Of a stretch of 64,000 nucleotides of DNA, positions 51,701 through 62,592 are shown piece after piece. Source of the DNA: Raillietiella orientalis (taxonomy: Eukaryota); contig JAYWIR010000013.1 in assembly GCA_036172245.1 (NCBI GenBank), forward strand, positions 2,666,001-2,730,000, given 5' to 3'. Numbering within the stretch: position 1 is the stretch's first letter; every line of letters begins with the position of its first letter. Both the position numbers and the translations under genes were made by a program. Under the pieces are notes generated by a model. That model was given only the letters and a program-made list of their open reading frames with translations. It ran no database searches and had not been told where the DNA came from.

Positions 51701-52407
51701 AATTCAAGGTAAGCATTTGGTTCATAATTTCAGTTCAAGCTCTTACCTCTTGACTAAATGCTGGACGATATTGTTTATGCAACTCCATGATTATCCTAAG
51801 ACATATAAGTGCATTTTCCTCATTTTCGATTTCCAGAAGGCGGAAAACAGTTGTTAAGATTTGTCTTACATGAGGTCGTAGATGTTCATTTGTTGGAATT
51901 CTATGACACAATTCTAGAATTATTTTCCTGAGTTGCTGAAAAGATAAAACATATATTCTGACAAATAGATTTTAAATTACTAACTTGGGTAATGCTTTCA
52001 GAAATAAAATGAGGAGCTCCTTCCTGCAAAATTTTTAAAAACACTTTAATAGCTTGATCCAGAAAATTAGCATACTGTGGGGAAGTTGCAAGTAACTGAA
52101 AAAGAAATGCAATGATGATCTACAAAAGATTGTACATAGGAAAAGCTAAGTTTTTGAATCATTTGAAATCATATTAAATTAAATGTTGGCAATGACCAAC
52201 TGCAATAGAATTAACACTACATTGCATTTTCTTTTTTCTTTTTTTCTCTTTTTTAAGGGATACCTCGAAATTTTCGGATATCTCTTGAGCTGCTTTTAAT
52301 TTACTTTCTTCTTTGGCATTCGGATCCACAAGAACTGCTAACAATGAACGGCATGTATTCATATGATTCTGTGGGTCAAGCAATGCATTTATGATGGGTG
52401 AGGCCAT
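16790..52407 (-). CDS. TRRAP: Transformation/transcription domain-associated protein (TRRAP / Tra1 / Nipped-A), complete, 58 coding exons, ~3799 aa
   Basis: Translated exons match TRRAP throughout: N-terminal [55 protein letters not shown] domain [14 protein letters not shown]; pseudokinase [13 protein letters not shown] end [11 protein letters not shown]. Exons 5'->3', all GT-AG and phase-consistent by hand: 52264-52407, 51985-52095, 51747-51935, 51441-51635, 51193-51359, 49864-50099, 48949-49327, 48729-48900, 46355-46585, 43157-43607, 40669-40835, 40214-40359, 39946-40090, 38755-38906, 38354-38550, 37714-37892, 37468-37665, 37232-37414, 36176-36374, 35836-36125, 34936-35352, 34265-34415, 33922-34079, 32866-33027, 32452-32709, 30954-31224, 30618-30823, 29436-29627, 28848-29021, 28225-28521, 27835-27957, 27593-27782, 27392-27540, 26745-26914, 26458-26696, 26251-26408, 25876-26022, 24877-25127, 24663-24825, 24222-24472, 23930-24101, 23713-23880, 22475-22723, 22201-22383, 22012-22108, 21744-21952, 21536-21700, 20956-21118, 20593-20910, 19055-19280, 18847-18940, 18501-18716, 17741-17929, 17551-17694, 17360-17501, 17119-17315, 16928-17059, 16790-16867. 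A few boundaries in variable regions are less certain (e.g. 34415, 25876). Confidence 0.97.
33677..33817. repeat. Two abutting intronic inverted repeats
   Basis: 33677-33699 / 33753-33775 (23 bp, 1 mismatch) and 33776-33790 / 33803-33817 (15 bp perfect). Confidence 0.8.
42130..42320. repeat. Long near-perfect palindrome (91-bp arms, 9-nt loop) in a TRRAP intron
   Basis: 42130-42220 is the reverse complement of 42230-42320 with 3 mismatches; the loop is agtatgatc. Confidence 0.95.
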
Positions 52408-55400
52408 TTAAAAAAGCAAGTATGTGATGGCGACCGATGCTCCTACATGCCTTGGACTGCTATAGCATTGCATACCCTTTGCAAAACATTTTCACGGTCT
52501 GAAAGACACTAAACAAATTCTACACTCTTTTTACAAAAACTGAGATTCAACATTGCATATCAATCTTGCAATTTAGTTTGTGCTTTAGAAGTATTGCCAA
52601 TACATAGATCTCATGATAATCAGGTCTGGTGGAATTTCAATGCTGCTTTATTTTCTAGCACTTTCAAATATTCTAGCATACTTCTACTTTAACAGAACTG
52701 AATAGCTTGCATTCACAACTACTTAGAGCAATAGGAAGATAAAGTACCTGGAAACATAAGGACACTTCTTAAAATAACAACTGCACACAGATAAAAATGA
52801 AAACCAAATAATAGTAACAACGAACCGGATTAAAAACATTCCAAGATCATTTTTAACTCACATTTGTAAAACGTACAGGGATACCAGTTTCCTCAACTAC
52901 AAAGTTTGTATTCTTCTTATTATTATTTTTGAGACTAATTGTGCATAACTTATTAACTTGAGAAATATTATTCGAAAGTCTCAAATTCGTAAGTTTATTG
53001 GTGAGCAAGGATTATTGATTGATTTCAAACGAAAATGAAGCAAAGTGTTAATTATGTGTGTTATACGATGGATTGCAATCGGTTTTCAATTCTTTGGATG
53101 ATGAGCTTGAGATTATATCGAATTTCAAAACACTTTTTTATATCAGGAAAAGCATTTGATTTTAAGATTGTACTAAGTTTCATATATTTCAACACAGGCT
53201 GAATCTTGAAATTAATGTATACTTTATTATAATGCAAATTACACATTATTAAGAAGGGACGGATTCAATGAATGTTTTGAAAATATCAGGACAATGCTCC
53301 TAGCAAGCTATAGCAGTAGCATGAAAGATAACCAATAAAAAAATTGGAGTTTTTGATTGAGATTTTTCCATTATAAAATTTAAAGCTTGAAGGATGATTT
53401 TAAAGGTATTGAATTTATGAAGACAAACACTTGTGTGTTGAACCTTTGGAACAGTCCGAGGTGTTTCGCAATGAAAATAGTAGATACCTCAAATTTCATT
53501 TTCAGCATTAAACTGTAGTCTTCTAGGGATGTCTAAGTAATGAATGAATTCCTTACAGAATAGTATGCATTTTTTTTTTTTTTTTCACAATGACTGACCT
53601 CTCGTAAAGAGAGTATGATCTTTATTGATTTCTGATAAACTGTTTTGTTCGAATGTGATCATCAGTGGTTCTTTCCGGTTCTTCCATTCATTTCGTGCTT
53701 TTCTTGACTCGGTAACTAAAACCACCTATTTTTTCGAGCATCTGTGGCATTCTTGTTTCTTTAAGAATATGTATATTGTTAATAATTGACTATGCAATTT
53801 ATTCATTAGCGTTTTACGGAAAAATTATTGCTTCATGATGGAAAGGATTAAAAAATTATCACTTCCCAAAGTAGGTAGTTTTTGCACACTGAATGTCTAA
53901 TGGCAATCGGAATTAATAAATTAGTGCAACAATAGCATACACGAACAAATCGTAGAAGTCTATTGAACCATAGAATTTTTTTTGCAATTTCCAATGTTTT
54001 CCACGTTGTTTGCTTTCTTCTTTCACAGCAGTGTAACTAACGTTGTGTTGGCTGGAAATCCTTTGTAATTTCCCAAGCTCAAGAGTTTATGAGCATCTTG
54101 GAATCTTTTCTCTTAGAGCTGAGCTTTGTAAAACACTGTGTTGAATCAGGGATATGAGGTTTCAGAAAAATTTTACAATTGAGGATCTGCCTTCAAACTT
54201 CTTTAAGAGCAAATGCTTACGGGAATGCTTATAAATCATAGTCAGTTTTGTATATTTGTTTGAAGTTAGCTATGGGTTTGCTCTCTCCGGAATTTATTGC
54301 ACTGACTCCGTGTTGCGAGAATTTGTACTTGGACTTTGTTCCTCTTCTTGTCTAGAAGTTTTCCATCTCCCGAGTCAGCAACTAATTCCAAAGTTGACTT
54401 TTGTTACAGTAATCATATTTTTCATTGTTTGGGTCTAAAAATCCTATTAGTTTTGTCTTTTCAATCTCTTAAACGTGAGATTCGTTCTTTTACAATTTTG
54501 TTCCGAATGTTGACCTTTTCCGTGTTTTCTTTTCTTTTCTTTTTTTGCAGTTTCTATGTATTTCTTGTGATTAGAAATCCCCTCAAAGCCAACTCTAATT
54601 GGAAGAGGCCCAGAAAACGGTTTCTTTGATTCCATGGACAATTTCAAAGCGCTTTTGCTTTCATTCAATCCAGTGTTCCTTCGATAAGAAGTTTCCTGAA
54701 GGTCTTCATTCGGCCTTGCCGACTATGCCCAACACGACGGACTACACGAACACATGACTCCCGGTGATGTAGCGGAAGAACTCGGATACGACATGGCAAG
54801 CATCTCTGAAACAAAAATCTGGAAGAAAGAAAAGAGAGAGAAATTCTCGTTTTTTCTTTATAACAGTTGCTTCATACCAATTTTCCGTACTAAATGGAGC
54901 ACTGGCAAAATTTTGAGCTTGTTCCTAATGTATGTGTATATACATATATATATTTTTTTTCATAGATAGTGTTTTCTCCATGTGTCCATTCAAATCCTCC
55001 ATATATAATCTCATTTCCTGATCTGTCTGTGTATTTGCCGAGATTATAGAAATGCAAAACCTTCGCTCGCTTGACTCGCAAAGATGTAATGCACACCATA
55101 CAGGGCGTGAACTTTCGGAGAAATTTCTGGAAACAAAAACTTCTCGAAGAGATTTTTGAGGATTGTCGAAGTTTCTTTCACAAATCCTCTTTGTTCAGAA
55201 CTTGAGGGCTTCCATCTGAGATCATGGCTTTATCCAAGGTGATTACGATGCCTATGGAAAAAATCGCTAAAGATTGTAAAAATATCATGAAGAACATGAT
55301 TTCATGCTTTTCCCCCTTATTAGGAAGTTCTGTTTTATGTTTGAGATTTTGTTCATTTATGACTGTTTTATCCATCACTTGACTAATGAATGACCTTCAC

Positions 55401-58400
55401 CTGCTTACGATTTTGGTCTGACTAATGAAGTACAATACAGTTGTATTGCAGTGTTGAAAAGGAATCAAAATGGAAAAGAAAGAGCTGCTACATAAAAAAG
55501 AACTGCTCTAATTGAAAAACACCCGAATGAAAGTTCTGAACGCAACTGATGAGGAGTGGTGCCGATAGTATCTCGGATGCGACAATCATCAATGACGGAC
55601 TGACGGCATGCAAGTGCGTCTTAAGAGTCTTCGAACCCATATTGAGCGAAATCAAGAAGATTGGGAAGAATTCGTTTGCAATGAATTAATGGGGAGGCTG
55701 GCCGTGAAAAATTTTCAGACATGGGCTGTGCAAGGGAACAGCGCTCTATGACGTTTGCATAGAAATACCTATAGTTGTCAAACTATGTGCAAATTCCTGA
55801 GTGCACTTACCGATGAGCAAAGCGAGTTTGATGCTTCACCGTGAAAAATGTGGAGCATAGAATTAATAGAGATGAAAAAAAAATGGATGCTCTTGATTTT
55901 CAGTTCAATGGAATTCGGGAAAACGGAATACGAGAGAACGGGAAAATTAGCTGAGGTTTTATAGGAAAAAACACGAGGTAACCCTGTGACTGCTTCCTTG
56001 ATGAGCAGTGCCGTCGTTGTGAAAGACAGCCTGCATGAATTTCAATTCTGCTAACTGTTGGGCTTTTTGCAGGTTGCTTTTTCCCCGACTTCCCCTTGCC
56101 AGGGCTTTGACCACCTTAGTTTCCGAGCATTTGAGCATCATCAGCCGAGTTCACTGAGACCTTCGAACCTGAAAAAGTTCGTCCTCGGCTGAATCTCCGG
56201 AAGCCTTTTGTTTGACTTTCAGAAGCAGAATCCAGCGGTGTAGTAATTCCGTGTTGGAATTATGGATCGCCGATGGCCAGTTCGACCTGTTACAGCAGAA
56301 TACAGGAAGCTGAGCAAACTGAGCTCTCTTTAGATTCATCTGCTTCAGCCTCAGGAACGATAGATGGGCACCCCATTACCTGCTTTCTTTTTATGGGTTC
56401 GGGAAATTCGCATCGTTTGCTAGGCTTTTGCTGGAGGGATGTTTCTAGGAGTCTCGTCGCACTACTTGCAGCTTTTGCGATTCGCTTTCATCAAGCTGCA
56501 GTGATCGGTTGCCTCTTCCCTGTTTCGAACTCTCCTGCTCCTCTTTGGATTTGCGTTACTCACGTGCCATTGCAACGCGAATCACTCAACTCCACTTCTT
56601 GCATTTCTGTCTGCGTGAAGTGGGGATTATATTTCATTGGAAAGTATTTTTTATGTGCCCCTATTCTTTTTCCTTTTTCTCTGGATGAGGTCCGTTTTTT
56701 GTAGAGAAGCCCTATTTATGTGCATGAAAGATGGGGGGGGGGAGGAAAGGATCGACATCAAAATTCAAGGCCAGAGAAGACAAAACACGAGGTTTTCGCA
56801 TAAAACTTTCAAGAACGAAACAGAAGTGATTCCGTAAAAGACAAAGGAACTTGAGGGATTGGAACCTGCTATGCTTCGTGAGCCCAATCGAGCAACTGTG
56901 CTTCCAATGGTGGCCCGACGAGCTCTCCAGCAGCAGAAGGAACTCTGCTGTTTCCAAGCTCTTAGTGGTGTTGAGCGAATGGAAGGAAACCTCCTGTCCA
57001 TTCCCGAATAATTCTGGACGTGGGAAGCATCCCTTATTCAGCGGAACGTGCACGAGTTTCCTCACAGACCGAGATGCAAGAAGGACGCCGTGCGCAGGGA
57101 AAAGGCAGATGTCCTCCAGAAAGAGGCATCCTCGTTGCTCGGCAGAAGAGACGGCATCCAGAAACCGTTTGATCGGCAGCTGCGAAACCGAATCAAGAAT
57201 AATAAAGTGGGAAATCTGGATTCTAAAGGCAAAGGAAACACGAAGGACCATACGAAGCGAGGAAGGAAAAAATGAAACCAAATGAAAATTCCCGATTAAC
57301 AAGTGCTTGCCATAGAGAGCTCTCATCATCATTTTTTTTTTCCCCCGTTGATCATTGCGATTTCAGGGTACACGAATTTCGGAAAATCCGTAATTTCAAT
57401 GGATTTTTCAAAAGAACTTCAAAATAATCAGTTTTTTCTGGAAGCCAGTGGTCCTTGGTGATTGTCCCGCTATCAGTTCGGAGATTTCCGTGATTTCAAG
57501 AGACTTCATTGGTGGTAGAAGAAATTTCTACCGAAAACCATTGAGGACGTTCTCTACGGTTCCCTTCATGTCGTGTGACGAGCGCAGGCGTGGCCCTTCA
57601 TTCTCTTCAAGCGCTTCTTTTCCAGCAGGAACGGGGGATTTTTCTGGATGCAGTCCCCGAGTCCCAAACACTGAGTGTGGCCCCGTTGATTCTGTTCTTT
57701 CAGCTGTCCTTTTGTGTGTGTACGATTCGGTTTGCATGCGAGTCCTCGAGTCTTAACATCTGCGCTTGCAGACTGCGCAATCACGTTGGTGCTCTCCTTC
57801 TTCCTCTCCCGGAAACAAGTTAAGTATCTCGAGCATCGCTAATTTGCAGAAAGATGAACTTACCGTATGATGGGAGTCCAATGCCGGAGCGAGGAGAAAC
57901 AATTCGTTTTCATGTGGATCTTCCGGGATCGAGCAGAACGTGTCTGGGTCTCAGGGGAACCTTGCCATCCCCATAAAGGGGCAATACACTGCTGGAAGGA
58001 TCGTTTCCATTGGCATTGGGACCAAATCTGAAACCTTCAGGTGAAAGGTGGGTGTTCCCGGTTCCCGGCTGCGTGAGCCATCTGCTAAGGAATCCATTCG
58101 CGAGCTCATCCCTGATCTTTTTTCGGCCACACTCGCAGAAGCAGTTGTCGTCCGTGTTCTTGCTTTGGCGACAACGCTTCAGCGACTCCTCGGAAAGACC
58201 GCTCTTGCAGCCGTAAGAGAAGCAGTCAATCCATGCATGTATCTTTCTGGGGGTGCAGTCGTCCGTGCCGTACCAGGAGCGCGTCACGCGAGCTGGTGTT
58301 TCGGTCCTGAGTGTGTTACGTTAAGGCATGCTTGGAGAAGGTCGACAGTCGTGCGGATGCGACTCAGATGAATGTGGACACGACAAACAAGGAAGGGAAA

Positions 58401-59649
58401 AAAAATGCGCGAGTCCTGTGTGCTGTCGGGAGAGCCAACATTTCGATGGTGGTGGTAACGATGGACACGTCTCGTGTGTAGAGATAACAATCGTCGGCTC
58501 CTCGCGTTCTCTTCGTGACCTGTGAACCTCGCGAAGATCACCGGGCTGATCGCATTAAACACTCGATCTCAGATCCACCTTCGGAGAGGAGACTCGCGGG
58601 TTCATCCTTCAGCAACCTTCTTTTCCTCTTCGATTCAATCGCAGAAGACACATGAAAGGGTGGGGAATGCGGGGCGAAGTCACTTCCATCGATGACAACT
58701 GGTCACTTCCCCCTGCTTCCTTCTGCTCTCTGGGAACAAATTCCGAAAGTCTCGTTAGACCCTCGAAGGTGAAACGGCATGCGAAACATAGGCTTCCCAC
58801 AATAGATGCAGGTAGCAGGCATTCCAACTGGTCCTTGTTTAGCCTTTCTCCTGCTTCCGAATGCCTTTCCGGCAGCGCGGCAGAGCTATGCCTCGTCTCC
58901 GAGGCAGCGATCTTTTACGTGCACCACAGAGGTCCTTTTCCCTTGCTGCAGTTGAGTGGTGTACGGGAGACTCTTTCCCCCTGGAATCTGGCATCCCTGC
59001 TCACCTAGTCTCTCGGACTACACTCTGTTCCCTGCTTTTTCTATCATCTATTTCCGGAGTAGCAATTTTCTTCAGCAACACCCCGAGTTACCATCAAGAG
59101 GCGGGGTGTGCGCCCGCGGTGGCGGTGCAGCGAAACGGCGCGTGGTGCGGCCGGGAGAGCGGGCAGGGCAATCCCAAGGAACCTCGTCGTTCCACCGGCC
59201 GGCTGTTTCCACGGCGAAATCATCCCCAGGACTTTTTTCCCCCTCTTCAAGGCGATCAGTCTTAAGAATGGGTGATTCCGAATCCGGCCTGAGAGAAAGA
59301 CCCCGCTGTCGGTGGGGAGTTGGACGTGACCTGAGGGAAGCATCCGCGAAAAGTCAGGAGATAAGATGCTCAGCGCCTCGAAAAGGCAGGTGGCAATCAT
59401 GATCCCGGACTGCTGCGACATCCGTTCAGAATGGACGCATGGAATTTTTTTTTTTTTTTTTCACAGGGAGAAGAGTTTGATGAGCCTTCCCGGGACAAAG
59501 GGGTCCAACCCTCATCGGGAGCGGAGCAAGGGAGGAAACGGCCTCCAAGAGGAAAGTGGACAAACAAACAAGCGGACGAACAGGGATGAGGCGGGCTGGC
59601 TTGCGCGGAGGTGCCCGCCAAGGACGTGCGCCGGTGAGAGCGCCGGGCT

Positions 59650-61914
59650 TCGCGCTGCTCTCACCACAATCGCCCTAGGCGTCCTTGCATCCCACGTCCC
59701 ATTTCGTACCGTCCTCTTGGTGTCCGCATCAGGGGAGACGGCAATCGGGTATGTCTCCTTGAGACGGCGGCCACAGCCTCCTTCCATTCTGGCGGACGCA
59801 ATCGCTCTCATGTGGCAGGGGATCGCCAGCGGCTGAGGAGTCAGCTGGCAAACCTGAAGAGGAGTAAACGGATCCGGTGAGGCAGGACGCACTTGATTCC
59901 CATTGCGGTCTCTGGAGCATTCCAGGAGCATGCGTGGGGGTTGCCGCCATCCCTCATTGCGCGCGCGTACCTCGGGGTGCGCCCCGTGGATGCGTGTTGG
60001 ATGCTCTTTGTTCCGAAGGAGGACTCAGAGGAAACTGAGGATGCAAGGAACTGAATCCGGATTCCGACTACAGAAGTTTGCCGGAGGAATTCCAAGGACC
60101 TCGCAGGGATCCGTCTTGTCGGAACCCGAGCGGGGCCTTTGGGAGTTCTGTGGGGCTCCGCTCCCTTCGTAGGGTGGCTTCTCTTGTAGCCCTCTCGATC
60201 CGGAAGACCTACGTCACGTGGCAACGCATTTCTCTCTCTTGCAGCCGATGCAGGAGGGGTTGCACGTCGCTCTTGTTGACCAGGGAGAAAGCGGACTCGT
60301 GCTGTTCAGCGTCTCCAAGAGAGAGAAAGATTCCCCAAGCGGCAAACTTCATGCTGGGAATGATCGGTCCGTCCAGGAAGCTCCATGCGCCCAGTGGCCA
60401 ACTGCCTCCAAAGCAGGTGAAGATGTGCCCAGAGGAATCGCGACCGCAGAGGAATTTCCTACATGAGCCACTGGTAAAAGTACTGCAGGACTGGACGCAG
60501 TGGTCCCAGGCAGCCGACGCAGCGATGTCTGCCCTCAGGGTAAGAAATGACAGCAGACAACCGGCGGAGTGGGGAAGGGGGGTTGTTTCTCAAGACGGGA
60601 GGGGACGAGAAACCCCTGGACGGTTGCAAGACGAGCGGGCGGGTGGGTTGGTGGACGGTGCCTCTCCCCGTTCCCGGACGAAGGGACTCCTTCGACCTGC
60701 TCCGCGTACCCTCCCTTCATGAAGTACGTGCGGTCCCTTCCCCTGTGTACGGACGCCCGCGTGTTCCCGCTCCGGATGGTCTGCTGCTTCCGATCTGGGG
60801 GTCATGGCGCGATCAGCGCAGGGACTCCCGCTTTCCCGGGGAGCTGCCCACCCGAACCGTGCGAGATTAGACTGCGGTACCCTGCACGACTTGCGGCGGA
60901 GACTCGCTCCGGAGCTCCATCAACCCAGAGGGCACCGCCGCGGACTTCTCCACCGGAGACGGGCTGAAGGAGGGCGCTGTGATGGAGCCAAAACGCCCAC
61001 CGAATCCAATTATCACAACTAAAAAAAAGGAGGGAGGACCTGCGAGGTCCATCACGTCCGCGAAGGGGAAGGAAGGAATGAAACAAAAACAGAAAAAACG
61101 GAAGCAAACAAGAAAAACTAACCAAAAAAAATGAGTTGGGGAGGGGGAAGGGGAGGGATCCCATTTCGTGGTGGGTGAGGCATTCCTTGTCTGCATCCGT
61201 TGAAGGATACCGGCGAGCTCCTCCTCCTTCCTTCCCAGGTGGGACGACCACCTCGACGCTATCCGCCGGAAGCGGATGGCGTGCAGGACAGCCCCTCCCA
61301 CGCTCCGACCTCTCTCGTCGCCTCGCACTTGGCCGCGATGACACGTCGCACGCAGCACAGAGCGCTGCGACTGTGGCTGCGGGCGAACTCGTGGCGTCCC
61401 GCGCGAACGGGGGCCTCGCAGAGTCTCTGGGGCCGTGCACGGGGTGCGGAAGGGACGCGGAGAAACGTTCCCCGGAGGGCGCTGTGATCCGGAGCAACGA
61501 TCGGTTGCATCGGCGCCACGGTGGCGGCCCGCCGTTCACCTCGGTCGCGTTCGCAGCGAACGGGGGTCGCCAGCGCGCGGCAGCCGCCCTCCTCTCCCAC
61601 AGGGAGTCGCCACCGTACCGAGCCGCTTCCAGGAAGGAAGGAGCGTGTTGAACTAAAGATCCCTGTCCCCACCCTCCCGTCTTTTCATTTCTTTCTTTAT
61701 CGCCACCTCCCTCCACTTTGCCTTATGGAAGACGACGGCCTGCGTACCGGTGGTCATCTCCGATGAACCTTTTTTTTGTTTTCTAGGGGGGGAGGGGAGA
61801 AGCATTTCGTGTGTTTGAGGGGTACTCTCACTCTTCTTGCCCTCCGACTTGCTGTTTGTTTGTTTGTTTTAAAAAAAAAAAAAAGAAACGTCCCGGCGCC
61901 ACCGGGTTGAAGCC
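59650..61914 (+). mobile_element. Decayed L1/Tx1-like copy B (ORF2 3' part, 3' UTR, A-tract, terminal hairpin), interrupted by a nested insertion
   Basis: AYLGV (~59965), RVASLVA and PLVKVLQDWTQWSQ..AMSALRVRNDSRQPAEW..ASPRSRTKGLLR match the 12561-13571 frame. The 3' UTR starts at 61656 and A14 lies at 61871-61884. The 5' limit is approximate. Confidence 0.82.
60984..61473 (-). mobile_element. 5'-truncated related element inserted antisense into copy B, with a 15-bp TSD
   Basis: Direct repeat GGAGGGCGCTGTGAT at 60969-60983 and 61474-61488. The interior encodes RIASRWSSHLGRK (cf. KVAVRWPHLPRK) and has a gatccct..ccctcccc T-rich 3' UTR. Confidence 0.78.
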
Positions 61915-62531
61915 GAATTTCGAGGCGAATCCGTCGCGGCCCGCCCGCTGCGCCTCGGAACGAAGGCCGCGAGCCGCCGGCCAGGGCTGTCGGCCAGCTG
62001 TCGCTCTGCCCCTTTTTATCCGATGCCCGCCTCTCCGAGGAGGTGGAGGACGGCTCCCGGATGTCTCCCCCCCGCCTTCCCTTCCGGCGGGTCGTCCTCG
62101 CCTCGTCCCACGCTGAAGATCCTTTCCAGGCACGAAGGAGCGGTTTGGTTCGAAGGAGGCGCGGATCGCTGGTGGCCAGGCGAATCGGAACGCAGGCCCC
62201 GGATGGATGGGAAGAGGGACCGGAAGGAAGGGGGGACGTTGGCCTCGCCTCCCCTCTTCCAGCAGCGCGATCGCCGGTCCCCTCCCGGTGGGGTTTCCTC
62301 GACCAGTCCTCCCCTCTCCCTCGAAGAGGAGGCTAGCCAAAAACCCCTGTCCCCGCCCTCCCGTCTTGTTTCTATTTATTTATTGTTCCCTCGCTACGTT
62401 CCCTACTTTTTCGGAAGCCGGCGTGAGTGCCAGTGGTCATCCTTAATGAACCCTTTTTTCGGAAGAAGGGGAGGGGGCGCATCTCTTGTATTGAGGGGAC
62501 ACGATTCCCCCTATTGACTTGTTGTTTCTCT

Positions 62532-62563
<32 letters not shown>

Positions 62564-62592
62564 AGCGTCCCGGCGTCACCGGGATGAAAGCC
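61915..62592 (+). mobile_element. Decayed copy C, directly in tandem after copy B (ORF2 end, 3' UTR, (TA)n, terminal hairpin)
   Basis: Remnants FIRCPPLR, EGAV and GRWPRLP; 3' UTR blocks shared with copies A and B; (TA)13 at 62538-62563; hairpin motif at 62566-62592. Confidence 0.72.

Noticed and set aside
52096..52263. U12-type intron (donor GTATCCCTT)
   Set aside because: The donor deviates from RTATCCTT, there is no TCCTTAAC branch site near the 3' end, and an ordinary polypyrimidine-CAG acceptor is present.
55400..59600. Scattered ORFs with weak RT-like words (GVRETLSP at ~58960, GADDC at ~58490)
   Set aside because: Too degenerate to support. Possibly old transposon debris; needs a profile search.
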